Source of the DNA: Nitrospirota bacterium
Lineage (GTDB): Bacteria > Nitrospirota > Nitrospiria > Nitrospirales > Nitrospiraceae
Assembly (NCBI GenBank): GCA_963703955.1
Contig: CAVPGK010000012.1
Location: 96,001-160,000, forward strand
Direction of reading: 5' to 3'
DNA: 64,000 nt
Notes under the pieces: generated by a model
What the model saw: only the letters and a program-made list of their open reading frames with translations
Database searches by the model: none
Told to the model about the DNA's origin: nothing
In this document: positions 1 through 9,656 of the stretch, piece after piece
Position numbering within the stretch: position 1 is the first letter of the stretch
Layout: each line of letters starts with the position of its first letter
Translations under genes and position numbers: made by a program

Positions 1-1
1 T

Positions 2-1750
2 GCGAGTAAGTATCCACCCTTCCAGCACCACGACGCCTACTGCGATTAGTGTTGGATAAATATACGTCTCCTTGGGAATCGGCGGCTCTAACACCGTATA
101 GTAGAAGGCCGACACCGCCATCTTTCGACCAACATCACCGTTGTGGCCATCCCACACGAAGAAGACTGAGGGGATATACTTGCCTGATTCAAAGTAGGTG
201 TCTTCGTCGTAGTCCGCCTTTAATGGCCGCTGGACGATAAGGGTCCAAAGACCGTCTTTCCATTCGGCCTTGAGGAGTTTCAGCTTCTCGGTGTAGTCAT
301 CACGTTCCTCAAAGTCCTGATCCCAACCCGTGCCCTTGAATGCTCTCAGCGAACCATCGGCGTCCCACTTCACGATATCGACCGAGTACTTCTGATCTCC
401 CCACAGAAACCGTGGCTTCTCCGGAGGAGGCAGCTCCTGCCACTTCACGGGGAACTCCATTGCAAATGCATCATTGTAGACGGTGTATTTGTTCTGGTTG
501 GCTGCGATCGATTCAGGCTCACCGGTCTTGGGCGCCTGCTCCTTGATTCCATATTCATCCAAATTCACTTCCATCGGCTGGAACGGTAGTTTCCCTTCCG
601 CAACGCTCTTTGACCGATCTTCCCACCGGAACATGAAGGCAATGTGCTTGTCGTTGTACAGGGACTTCACCCACATGTCGTCGATTCGGTTCACAAAGTT
701 ACGCGGCTTGTGGGTGATCTGCCCGCCAAGGGCCACTAAACGACGCTCTTGTTTCTGCCACATTTCACTCTCTGGATCGTCCGAGATCTCACCTTCGATT
801 GGACTGGACTTGAGGACGAAGCTGATCTTCGGCTTGTCCGTCAAAGGATCGATTGGAAGCGGCTCTCCCTTCGCGTCGCGCTCACACAGTGATTGGACGA
901 AGTTGGCAATATGCCACCGCTCTTCAACTGTGGTGTTGTCAGCGAACGACGGCATCGGCGTCCCGTTCACACCGGTCGAAAAGGTCCGGAAAATATTTTT
1001 CACGTTGTACGCATCCTGGCGGCTCCCTCTAAAGTTCCAGCACTTGTGCCAACTGGCCGGCTGGATGGGAAAGCCCCAGTCATCCTTCAAATTAAAGGCG
1101 TTTCCATCTCCACGCCCATTGACTCCATGGCACTCGATACATTTCTTGTCGACAACGAGCTGTGCGCCTTTCTCAATACTCTCTTTGGTCGGCGGGATCA
1201 CTTTCATGCTATCCAACTGAAGAACGGTCTGAGTTTCCGTTGCTTGGTCATCAAACTTCCGATCCTTCACAAGCTGCGACGTGACAAATGAAAGCACCTG
1301 AAGACGCTGTTCCTCCGACAGAATACCTTCCCATGACGGCATGGCTGATCCAGGCAGCCCGTGCGTGACGGTTTCAAACAGGTCATTCTGACCTGGGATG
1401 GGCTTCTTCGCATCGAAGAGCGGTAACTCTCCACTTGCCGTATGCCGGATCTTAAAGGTCCCCTGATTGAAATTGCGCGGGCGTGGCCACAGGCGATCGG
1501 CTGCCGGGCCGTCTCCCGCTCCATCAACCCCATGACACCAGACACACTTGGTAAAATACACGCGCTTGCCGGCCTCAATCATCTCCGCGGGAGGCAGGGG
1601 AGCCAGATCCCCTTTCTTGAAGCCCTCGGGAAGCCCGGAGCCACCTTCCTGGGCAAAGATTGACGGGCCTGTGCTACCCGAAACCATGATGACGCTCAGC
1701 GCGACGATCACGATCAAGAGCGGCTGAGTCTTAAACCGAAAGTACCTCAT
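2..1750 (-). CDS. Membrane-anchored diheme cytochrome c fused to an ethylbenzene-dehydrogenase-gamma (EbdC-like) heme b domain; candidate alternative NxrC-type subunit; 3' end runs off the window
   Basis: Not in the ORF track because there is no stop in the window. Hand translation from ATG 1750 gives MRYFRFKTQPLLIVIVALSVIM (signal), CVWCH, CIECH, the EbdC-like motif VFFVWDGHNGDVGRKMAVS and a C-terminal TM segment YPTLIAVGVVVLEGWIL. Confidence 0.85.
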   Translation of the reverse strand, partial: MRYFRFKTQPLLIVIVALSVIMVSGSTGPSIFAQEGGSGLPEGFKKGDLAPLPPAEMIEAGKRVYFTKCVWCHGVDGAGDGPAADRLWPRPRNFNQGTFKIRHTASGELPLFDAKKPIPGQNDLFETVTHGLPGSAMPSWEGILSEEQRLQVLSFVTSQLVKDRKFDDQATETQTVLQLDSMKVIPPTKESIEKGAQLVVDKKCIECHGVNGRGDGNAFNLKDDWGFPIQPASWHKCWNFRGSRQDAYNVKNIFRTFSTGVNGTPMPSFADNTTVEERWHIANFVQSLCERDAKGEPLPIDPLTDKPKISFVLKSSPIEGEISDDPESEMWQKQERRLVALGGQITHKPRNFVNRIDDMWVKSLYNDKHIAFMFRWEDRSKSVAEGKLPFQPMEVNLDEYGIKEQAPKTGEPESIAANQNKYTVYNDAFAMEFPVKWQELPPPEKPRFLWGDQKYSVDIVKWDADGSLRAFKGTGWDQDFEERDDYTEKLKLLKAEWKDGLWTLIVQRPLKADYDEDTYFESGKYIPSVFFVWDGHNGDVGRKMAVSAFYYTVLEPPIPKETYIYPTLIAVGVVVLEGWILTR

Positions 1751-1779
1751 GGCGACACCCCTTCACCGAATGTGTGGGA

Positions 1780-2733
1780 TTAATCCCAAGTCCTTGGATA
1801 ATAACCAGTGTGCCAATATTCAAACATCACGACCTTCCAGATCTCGTCCGTGGTCAGGTGCTGCTCCCAAGGCGGCATGACTGAGGCCCACGGGAACCCC
1901 TCGCGAGGCAATCCAATTCCACCCTTTGAGACGCGCCAAAAGATGAAGGTTTCTTGGAGCTGAGCAATCGTCCCTGGGTCGGTGAAATTCGCAGGAATAG
2001 GATTGAACGCAAAGGCATGCAGACCACGGCCGTTCAGGTTGTCACCATGACAGAAGTGACAATTCTGAAAGAAGATCTCTCCGCCCTCGCGAACGTACTT
2101 GAGATAGCCTTCCGCTTTCGGATCCCACGGATTGGCATCGGGTTTCAGCAAGCGGCCCATGCTCTGCTCGACAATGCGAGCATTGGTATAGTCCTGGTCG
2201 TATTTCCCTTCTCCGTTGACACGAAATGGGTTCGAGGATGTCTGCAGTACAAAGGTCTTCCCATGCACCTTCGTGCTCGCCGGAGGCGCCGGGTGGACCG
2301 TTCTCAATTCGATTGGTTCTTCGAGGTTCGGGAGAAATGAGTTGTAGGAAAACGCCCAAAACACGAAGGGCAGGATAATCAGATATCCCCATTTTAAAGC
2401 CTTATGGAACCCTGTCTTGCCATCCAAAACATTCAAGATAGGTTGCTTGAATTTCCTCCAATCTTCCTCGTTGCTGGACATCCACATGAAGACCGCGATC
2501 ATCGTGACGAAGCCATACATGGCGCGCACGCTGAACGGGATCGGGGGATAGATCCTGTACTTGAGGTACAACAGGATGAAGGCCACGAATCCGATCCCTT
2601 GCCACAGTCTTGGAATCCCCAGTCCACTCTTGTTGAGCAGATGACTGACGAGCGCAAACACGGCCACGCAGACTGCCAGCTCGAAGAGCATTTGCATCGG
2701 CATGTAACCTTCAACTAACTTCAAGGACGTCAT
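1780..2733 (-). CDS. Membrane-bound monoheme cytochrome c
   Basis: About 4 N-terminal TM helices, CHFCH heme motif, distal Met in VMPPW. Confidence 0.9.
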   Translation of the reverse strand: MTSLKLVEGYMPMQMLFELAVCVAVFALVSHLLNKSGLGIPRLWQGIGFVAFILLYLKYRIYPPIPFSVRAMYGFVTMIAVFMWMSSNEEDWRKFKQPILNVLDGKTGFHKALKWGYLIILPFVFWAFSYNSFLPNLEEPIELRTVHPAPPASTKVHGKTFVLQTSSNPFRVNGEGKYDQDYTNARIVEQSMGRLLKPDANPWDPKAEGYLKYVREGGEIFFQNCHFCHGDNLNGRGLHAFAFNPIPANFTDPGTIAQLQETFIFWRVSKGGIGLPREGFPWASVMPPWEQHLTTDEIWKVVMFEYWHTGYYPRTWD

Positions 2734-2778
2734 GATCGACTCTCCTTTTTAGGACAAAGCGATTCCCCAAGAGCGCGG

Positions 2779-4086
2779 CTAGATTTTCGGTGGCTCCTTC
2801 CCTTCCTCGATCTGTGACAGATAGTCCACTATCTTGTTGAGGGCTCCGGCGCTGAGCTTCTGCCCGAAGATCTTGGGCATCACACCGTCTTGGAATGGCT
2901 TGACCACGTATACGCTCGGGGCAATCACAGATTCAGTAATATATTCGCGCACCGTCTTGGCGGCCCCTTTGTAGCCGGGGTCTTTCAAGCGACTCGGCGC
3001 ATTGGTTTTTTCTACCAGCTTCGGACCGACGGTTCCCATGGCTCCAGGGATGCCGGGAATCGTATGGCAGACAATGCACTGAGCCTTCGCGAAAATTTGA
3101 TCGGTCGGCTCCGAGCCGTCAGCCAACAGCCCACCCCCTCCGGCGGCAGGTTTATCCTCTGTCTGCTTCGGACGATCGGCTTCAGGGATGAATTTCTCGT
3201 AGGCTTTGACGATCTCCTCGTAGCTTGGCGCATCTTTTCCTTCGCGGACATACATCCAGGTATCCACAGCCGCCAACTCGCCCAGCGACAACGATATGGG
3301 TGGTTTATGGATAGCCGGCATCGGGCTCTCTTTATCATTCGTCCCTTTCGTGCCGAATCCAGCTACGACATAGCAACTCGGACACGCGTGCGATTCAGAA
3401 ATGTATTCCTGCGCATTCTCAGCAGTCCCGGCACCGGGAAAAGATTCTTTTTGAGCAGAGTCGCGATCTTGCGGTTTACCCTTGTGATAACGGGCATCTT
3501 CGATCTGCTGCTTGGATCGATCCGGAATCCCGAACAGGTTCGGAGCACGTTCACTTAAAAAGCCCTGGTTGAATCCATGGCAGAGGGGACACTGTCCCTT
3601 GCCGATCGCCCCTTGCACCGCGCTCTGACCGATCCCGCCGAAGATAATCTTTTCCCCTTCATCAGCAAGCTGCTGGGCCGACATGCTCCCGAAATCCAGC
3701 TTCACCTCAGGTGGAGGAAACCCGCCTTCGACCTGGGGCAACCAATTGCCATAGCCGGAAAGCCCGGCGGCCACAAGAAACATGAATCCGCCGATCTTGA
3801 AGAGAGCGCCCACACTGGAGAAATACAGGCCCATCATAAAGGCGAGCGCTGTAATCATGAAGAGAGAAACGGGCAAGAGACGAGAATTACCAAAAAAGTT
3901 GATTTGGTAATTGGCAATCGCCATGAGCAACATGACTGTGGCGATCATACCGATGAAGGTCTTAAAAATGGCGCGCTTCTTTAGCGCCGGGTCTTCAATG
4001 CTGACCTGGAAGTAGACAATCAAACCTAAGAGTAGGACCAAAATCGGCCAACCGAGATCAAGCGCTGCCCCCAGTAACTCCGCCAC
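2779..4086 (-). CDS. Membrane-bound diheme cytochrome c
   Basis: N-terminal TM helices. Two repeated cytochrome c domains (CPLCH, CIVCH), each followed by EYIxES...YVV...MP. Confidence 0.9.
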   Translation of the reverse strand: MAELLGAALDLGWPILVLLLGLIVYFQVSIEDPALKKRAIFKTFIGMIATVMLLMAIANYQINFFGNSRLLPVSLFMITALAFMMGLYFSSVGALFKIGGFMFLVAAGLSGYGNWLPQVEGGFPPPEVKLDFGSMSAQQLADEGEKIIFGGIGQSAVQGAIGKGQCPLCHGFNQGFLSERAPNLFGIPDRSKQQIEDARYHKGKPQDRDSAQKESFPGAGTAENAQEYISESHACPSCYVVAGFGTKGTNDKESPMPAIHKPPISLSLGELAAVDTWMYVREGKDAPSYEEIVKAYEKFIPEADRPKQTEDKPAAGGGGLLADGSEPTDQIFAKAQCIVCHTIPGIPGAMGTVGPKLVEKTNAPSRLKDPGYKGAAKTVREYITESVIAPSVYVVKPFQDGVMPKIFGQKLSAGALNKIVDYLSQIEEGKEPPKI

Positions 4087-4158
4087 GTGGAAACCTCCTG
4101 GGCCGCTCTCCGGTTATTGCCGGATTGCGGCCCGTTAAGTCCTACAATGCGTAGAGAA

Positions 4159-6096
4159 TTAGTGAGCTGGCTCCGGAGCCCCTCCAGGAACCGGAGCTTT
4201 CGCTCCAACGGGCGCCTTCTTGGCCGCAAGCGTTCCGAGCCAGAAGACGAACATAATGCTGATCCAGAAGAAGAGTACGTTGAACGAGATCATATTGGCC
4301 CCGAATCCAACCGTATGGGTATAGGCCCATGGGGAATTGTCACGCATGATCTCATTGACGTGCCAGAACAGACGGACCGACGACCGAATGTATCCCATCA
4401 ATCCCATCATCCACGTAAATGCCGTCGCGAGCATGATGATCGCATACTGAGACCGGACCGAAATCTTCCCCCACTGAATTGGCCCGATCTCCTTGGCGCC
4501 TTTCAGCATAGCGATATTGAGCGCCGTCATGAAGAACAGACAGGAGAGCGTTGTCGCCACTTGGGGAACAGAGAGACCCACACGCACGTTTGCAGGAATG
4601 TAGTACCCGTAGATGGCGAGCCAGACAATATTCACGTAGGCCAAGAAGAAGAAACAGCCCATGAAAATATTCCCGAACTTCGCCCAGGATACAGCCGGTA
4701 TTTTGTTTCCTCGCTGATACCAAATGAAGCTCAGCACGGTTGTGGTGATAATCACATTGATGCCGCCGTTCTTGGCTGACATCACACCGTAATTACCCAA
4801 CACAGGGTGCTGCTGGCCGCCCATCGCCTTCAGCTCGGCCGGGGTCATCACGATCGTGTGCGGCGTAATAAAGACCAAGAATCCGCAGACCAGAATAAAC
4901 ACGAAATACTTGATCCAACGCTGGAACCGCTCTGCTCCGGTCATCCGGCCCAGTGCCTGCCACAGATAGTAGTTCGTGCTCAGGAACAGAATGCCGATCA
5001 TGGTGGCCTGGATAATAAAGAGCCACGCAAGCAAGCCACCCATCAGCGTAATGCCCATCTGTTGGCGGTAGGCATAGACCTCGCGCATCAACCAGTAACC
5101 TGCGAACGGAAGAGGAATGAGGAATGCCACACCGAGGGACATCGCGATATAGCCCATCCAGTCATAATGGGCGCGCTCCTCATCGTTCTTCGCGGACAAG
5201 AAACGATACGCGGCGTAGGCCGCGACCACGCCGCCCCCGAAGGCCATGTTTCCGAGGATACGGTGCACGTTCAGCGGATTCCAGAGAGCGGTATGAATAA
5301 CGTGCCAAATGTTGCCCAAGAAACGTCCCTGTTCATCCACGCCCGCCGGGGACATCATGAACCCGATCCAGGAATTGGCAAGCATCATCAACAGGGTGCC
5401 GATCACGTTGAGAATGACCGACATGCTCAAATGGACCCACTTCAACAGCCCCTCCTTCATCTTGTCCCAACCGTAATAGTAGATGTAGAGGGTTCCGCTC
5501 TCAGCCACGAACGTGAGCGCGTAGATGTGCATGACCGGGCGGAAGATACTCGACAGATACCCAAAGAAGGCCGGATAGAGCGTCAAGAACGTAAAGATCA
5601 GGATGCCGCCCAGAATAGCTGTTAAGGAATACGCGGTCAGGCTGATCTTGATGAAGTCATAGGCGAGCTGATCGTACTTCTTCGCCATCGCTTTATCCTT
5701 CGTCACCATACCCATGAACTCAATCACCATGCAGAAAATGGGGACCGCAAGAACAAAGCTGCCGTAGTAGAGGTGCTGTTGGTTCGCAAACCAGAGAAGC
5801 ACGCGACTCTCAAAGTTGTAACGGGGATAATCTTTGGGGCCGTCGGTGGTCTTCGGCGCCGGCGCCCCGGACACAATCCCTTCGGTCTTATAGTAGACGT
5901 CGCGAGACTTCTCGACCTTCTTCTCCGGCTCGGCGCCTGCCTTTTTGGCCACATCAGGAGGAGGGCCCCCGGCCGTCTCGCCCCCTCCACCGCTGGCAAG
6001 CGCAGGAATCGAAACAATGACCGGGAGCAGCAGAAGGCCGATCATTGCGCTCAACGCCATAATTGACAGCGTCTTCTTACGGGTTAAACTACCCAT
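4159..6096 (-). CDS. Cytochrome bd-like oxidase subunit I (CydA-like), copy 1
   Basis: CydA-like polytopic protein with QQHLYYGSFV and NVHRILGN His motifs. Start moved from the ORF-track 6201 to ATG 6096, which has a GAAGGAGG RBS. Confidence 0.88.
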   Translation of the reverse strand: MGSLTRKKTLSIMALSAMIGLLLLPVIVSIPALASGGGGETAGGPPPDVAKKAGAEPEKKVEKSRDVYYKTEGIVSGAPAPKTTDGPKDYPRYNFESRVLLWFANQQHLYYGSFVLAVPIFCMVIEFMGMVTKDKAMAKKYDQLAYDFIKISLTAYSLTAILGGILIFTFLTLYPAFFGYLSSIFRPVMHIYALTFVAESGTLYIYYYGWDKMKEGLLKWVHLSMSVILNVIGTLLMMLANSWIGFMMSPAGVDEQGRFLGNIWHVIHTALWNPLNVHRILGNMAFGGGVVAAYAAYRFLSAKNDEERAHYDWMGYIAMSLGVAFLIPLPFAGYWLMREVYAYRQQMGITLMGGLLAWLFIIQATMIGILFLSTNYYLWQALGRMTGAERFQRWIKYFVFILVCGFLVFITPHTIVMTPAELKAMGGQQHPVLGNYGVMSAKNGGINVIITTTVLSFIWYQRGNKIPAVSWAKFGNIFMGCFFFLAYVNIVWLAIYGYYIPANVRVGLSVPQVATTLSCLFFMTALNIAMLKGAKEIGPIQWGKISVRSQYAIIMLATAFTWMMGLMGYIRSSVRLFWHVNEIMRDNSPWAYTHTVGFGANMISFNVLFFWISIMFVFWLGTLAAKKAPVGAKAPVPGGAPEPAH

Positions 6097-6179
6097 GACT
6101 CCCTCCTTCAACAGTCGATGATGTTCTTCTGTAAGAGCACGGTTGAAACAGCAATAATCGGAACCTATGCGATGATGAT

Positions 6180-6302
6180 CTACTTCCTGAACAGATACCA
6201 ATAATCCAATCCCTGCATATCCATCAGGAAGTGATCGACCAGAGTAAAATAGACCAGAGAGATAGCCAATGACACGACGACGTATAACACTGTCTTTCCC
6301 AT
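6180..6302 (-). CDS. 40-aa single-TM microprotein MGKTVLYVVVSLAISLVYFTLVDHFLMDMQGLDYWYLFRK
   Basis: Hand-read ATG..TAG with a GGGGGG SD-like run upstream. Hydrophobic helix; operon position directly before the CydA-like gene. Confidence 0.7.
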   Translation of the reverse strand: MGKTVLYVVVSLAISLVYFTLVDHFLMDMQGLDYWYLFRK

Positions 6303-6350
6303 ACTGCGCCCCCCGATTAATTTAATTAGGCCGACGAACCGATACCTGTC

Positions 6351-6470
6351 CTAGCAAGGGCACTGGATTCCGGCAAACCAGTAAAAAAACCACAAACTAA
6401 CCGCGCACGTGGCATAGAAAATCATCTTCCCGATCTTGATCTTGATATCACTCTGAGCTACCGCTTCCAT
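6351..6470 (-). CDS. 39-aa single-TM microprotein MEAVAQSDIKIKIGKMIFYATCAVSLWFFYWFAGIQCPC
   Basis: Hand-read ATG..TAG with a strong AAGGAG RBS. First ORF after the consensus promoter; ends in CPC. Confidence 0.75.
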   Translation of the reverse strand: MEAVAQSDIKIKIGKMIFYATCAVSLWFFYWFAGIQCPC

Positions 6471-6612
6471 TTCATCTCCTTGCCGAAACCGTCGAATAGG
6501 TTAGAGCTGCTTAACCTCAACATTTCTTGACAGATTTGGACGGGTATGTTACCTATTTCTTTCTGTTAGGTAAAAAGGGCGGAACATGAAGAAAAATTCA
6601 AAATTGTTCGAC

Positions 6613-6641
6613 ATTATAGTTTTGGCAGGAATGGTTGTCAA
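6613..6641 (-). promoter_or_regulatory. Perfect-consensus sigma70 promoter of the microprotein/bd-like oxidase/cytochrome operon
   Basis: Minus strand TTGACA (6641-6636), 17 nt, TATAAT (6618-6613). Confidence 0.85.
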
Positions 6642-6660
6642 TATAATTTTGGCCGTGTTC

Positions 6661-7596
6661 CTAATCCTCTACTACTTTGATTTTCTTTGATTTTTCTACG
6701 ATTTTTTCCTCCTGAGCCGAGGCAGCGGCCAGGCCTCCATCGCGCGCAGAAACCGCACACCGAAAGCCGATAGTTTCATCACGGAAATCGGGAACCATCC
6801 GACTACGGCTTGTGATCCTGATATCGGTGCCGGTACTCGTGTATCCTCCCCCCCTGAGGACCTTAAACACGCCATGATCCGGTCCGTTAGGACTCTTATC
6901 AGTTGGAACGCGATAGGCATCTTCTGCGTACCAATCCGCCACCCATTCCATGACATTCCCTGCGCCGTCCGCGACACGAAACGGGCTGACGTCGCGTTGA
7001 AACGATCCCACCGGAGCGGTTACATCGAATCCATCCCGCGCAGAGTTCCAGTTTGAAGCCGTATAGTCGGGGTCATGTCCCCACGGCCACAACCGTCCAT
7101 CTGTTCCACGCATAGCCTTCTCCCATTCGGCTTCGGTTGGAAGACGCTTCCCTTTCCACCGACAATACGCATCCGCATCCTCCCACGACACATAGGTGAC
7201 CGGCTGGTTGACCCCGGACATCCGCGAGAGATTCTTGGCATATCGTGAAGGCGGAGCCGCTTTGCGATGGCCTGTCGCCGTTACGAAGGCCTGGTACTGA
7301 TGAGTCGTCACTTCGAAGCGGTCAATCGAAAACGCATCGAGGTAGATCTTCCGTTCTGGCTGCTCATCGTACCCCCCGACCATGGTCCCACGGATAAACG
7401 GACCTGCGGGGATCAGAACCATCTCTTCTTGAACAGGTGTGTCTTGTGCAGAGACGGGCGAAGATTCGCCTGAGGATTCCGAAAGCGATGGTTCCATCGG
7501 CGGCGGCGTGGTGCCTTTGAGAATCCCCATGACCGGCAAACTGGCCATGAAGAGCACGACCAGGAGGAAGGCGATTTTGAATTTCGTCTCTAGCAT
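6661..7596 (-). CDS. Formylglycine-generating enzyme (SUMF1/NirV-like) family protein, membrane-anchored
   Basis: RLPTEAEWEKA, GNVMEW, RGG and GFRC motifs. Lacks the catalytic Cys pair after RGG. Confidence 0.9.
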   Translation of the reverse strand: MLETKFKIAFLLVVLFMASLPVMGILKGTTPPPMEPSLSESSGESSPVSAQDTPVQEEMVLIPAGPFIRGTMVGGYDEQPERKIYLDAFSIDRFEVTTHQYQAFVTATGHRKAAPPSRYAKNLSRMSGVNQPVTYVSWEDADAYCRWKGKRLPTEAEWEKAMRGTDGRLWPWGHDPDYTASNWNSARDGFDVTAPVGSFQRDVSPFRVADGAGNVMEWVADWYAEDAYRVPTDKSPNGPDHGVFKVLRGGGYTSTGTDIRITSRSRMVPDFRDETIGFRCAVSARDGGLAAASAQEEKIVEKSKKIKVVED

Positions 7597-7620
7597 GCGT
7601 CGTCCACACCTCAGGCACGC

Positions 7621-8535
7621 TCAAGGGGCATTCTGATGATCCGATGAATCCGCGCTCTTCGCGCAGCGAATGCCGATCGTGCTGTCGGTTCGCCACATCT
7701 TGGCCTGGAATCGTTTCGAGAGCCGCGCATTATGCTGGGTTTCACGCCAGGAACCGCCACGGATGACCTTGTGCTGTCCGTGATCAGGCCCCTTTGGGTC
7801 CCGAAACGGGGTCTTTTGATAATATTGCTCGCCGTACGTATCAGCCACCCACTCGGCCACATTCCCCGTCATGTCATAGACGCCATACGGGCTTCGGCCG
7901 GATTCAAAGGAACCCGGAGGGGCTAGATACTTAAATCCATCTTCGTCGCTATCGACGTTGGCATGGCCCGATCCGAATTCGTCGCCCCAGGGGTATCGCC
8001 GCCTACCTTCTCCCCGTCCCGCTTTCTCCCATTCCGCTTCTGTCGGCAACCGCTTTCCAGCCCACATGCAATAGGCTTCGGCGTCCCCCCAGGACATACC
8101 CATCGCGGGCAGCTCGGGTTTCAGAATGAGCGACTGATCATCCTCGAACACAGGCACAAACGGCTTGCCCCGCTTGGTCATGCGTACGAAGCGATCGTAC
8201 TCAGCCTGCGTCACTTCCTTCTTATCGATGTAGTAGGCGGTGAGAAACACCTGATGCTCCGGGGTTTCATCCGGGTCGCCTTCTTTGCTCCCCATGATGA
8301 ATGGCCCTTCCGGAATCTCCACCATTTCGCGCCCATCATCGCCGACACTCGTCTTGTACATGGAAAAATCGCGAGGAGCGACCACCGAGGCCGGCTTTTT
8401 CTCGGTCACAATCGAAGCCACGAGTTCTCGCTGCTTCTTGGCTTTATAGGATTCGTAGACCAAGCCCACGATCATGAGGATAAATGAAGCAAACACGAAC
8501 ACGATCGACCCGATCAGGACACCTCGATTTTCCAT
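7621..8535 (-). CDS. Formylglycine-generating enzyme (SUMF1/NirV-like) family protein, membrane-anchored
   Basis: RLPTEAEWEKA, DMTGNVAEW, RGGSW and GIRC motifs; N-terminal TM helix. Confidence 0.9.
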   Translation of the reverse strand: MENRGVLIGSIVFVFASFILMIVGLVYESYKAKKQRELVASIVTEKKPASVVAPRDFSMYKTSVGDDGREMVEIPEGPFIMGSKEGDPDETPEHQVFLTAYYIDKKEVTQAEYDRFVRMTKRGKPFVPVFEDDQSLILKPELPAMGMSWGDAEAYCMWAGKRLPTEAEWEKAGRGEGRRRYPWGDEFGSGHANVDSDEDGFKYLAPPGSFESGRSPYGVYDMTGNVAEWVADTYGEQYYQKTPFRDPKGPDHGQHKVIRGGSWRETQHNARLSKRFQAKMWRTDSTIGIRCAKSADSSDHQNAP

Positions 8536-8595
8536 AATCCCCTACCGAAAGAGCCAGAACCCTCGCAACCGTACGGATACCCTGTGAGAAGGCAA

Positions 8596-8979
8596 TCAGG
8601 GTCCTCCGTCATGCGGCAGCGCCGCCCGCTTTCGTTCCGTCCACATGTCCAAGAGCATGGAGAATTGCACCCCCAGAAACCCTCCCATCGCCGCGCCGGC
8701 ACCCGCCCCTACAGTAATTTTCTCTGACCCTGCCAGCGCCCAGGCCAACACGCCGCCCAACACGCTGCCGATCAGAATGCTGATGAGAAAGCGGCGCCCC
8801 CCCAATACACCGACAACGGTGCCCAAGGCCACGCCGACACCGGCGGCCACAGCAGGAGCCTGGCCGCCCATCAGCAACCCGATCATAGTGCCAACGGCGC
8901 CCATCAGGATCGCGCCGAACACCATGTCGATGATCTTGCCGCGGGACAGTTGAGACGAATTGGTGCTCGGCTGATCCAC
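8596..8979 (-). CDS. Gly-rich small membrane protein (glycine-zipper-like helices)
   Basis: About 4 GxxxG-rich hydrophobic helices. GTG 8979 with GAGGA RBS preferred over the ORF-track start at 9069, which overlaps the upstream gene. Confidence 0.7.
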   Translation of the reverse strand: MDQPSTNSSQLSRGKIIDMVFGAILMGAVGTMIGLLMGGQAPAVAAGVGVALGTVVGVLGGRRFLISILIGSVLGGVLAWALAGSEKITVGAGAGAAMGGFLGVQFSMLLDMWTERKRAALPHDGGP

Positions 8980-8996
8980 GAGCGAGTCCTCGAAGG

Positions 8997-9656
8997 TTAG
9001 GGAGTAGAAACCGTGATCGGTCCAAAATCCACTTCGACACCAGGCCCGCCTAGCAACGAGATGCCCCACGCTTTTTCAGCGGGCTCATGCTTATGAATGC
9101 GCTTGAAGTCCTCATACGCATTCACCCGTTCCTCGATCCATTCCCCAATGGGCTGCGCTCCGCTTCGAAGCACGATCTCGGACGCTCCGAAGGTTCCGCC
9201 TTCGGTCATCGTCCCAATGACCTTCGTCGCACTCCACACATACTTGGTCGTTACCGGAATGAACATGAGGTCCGTATCCAAGGAGACAAACACTGCCGCA
9301 ATCGGGTCAGCCTCGGCCGGAGCCGATTTCAGTCTCCAACGCCAGGTGACGATCGGCGTGGCCTTGGGATCCCACCCAATTTTCTTGTAGACCCGCTGAT
9401 CGGCCGCTTTTGCCGTTAGGAAAAAGGGGGTCTCATGATCCGATTTGACGCTGTAGGCCTCTTTCGCTTTCGTCTCGCTCCGCTGGGCTCTCCAGCCGGC
9501 CGGAAATCCAAGTTCATCCCTGTCGTGGAAATCCTCCAACACCGTTTGACCTGCTTCTTGCGCGTTTGCGGGAAGCGGTCCGGCAGACAAAAAGACCATC
9601 AAAAAGACGAGGTAGAGCAGTCTCATTCGTCGTGACAGGAGCGGTCGCCACTTCAT
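8997..9656 (-). CDS. DUF3047-like exported protein
   Basis: Signal peptide; [13 protein letters not shown] and LRSG..IGEWIEE pattern recognised from DUF3047. Confidence 0.7.
   Translation of the reverse strand: MKWRPLLSRRMRLLYLVFLMVFLSAGPLPANAQEAGQTVLEDFHDRDELGFPAGWRAQRSETKAKEAYSVKSDHETPFFLTAKAADQRVYKKIGWDPKATPIVTWRWRLKSAPAEADPIAAVFVSLDTDLMFIPVTTKYVWSATKVIGTMTEGGTFGASEIVLRSGAQPIGEWIEERVNAYEDFKRIHKHEPAEKAWGISLLGGPGVEVDFGPITVSTP

Noticed and set aside
3370..3395. Third heme site (HACPSCY) in the diheme cytochrome
   Set aside because: CxxC is followed by Tyr, not His, and aligns with VIAPSVY in the second domain. More likely a disulfide.
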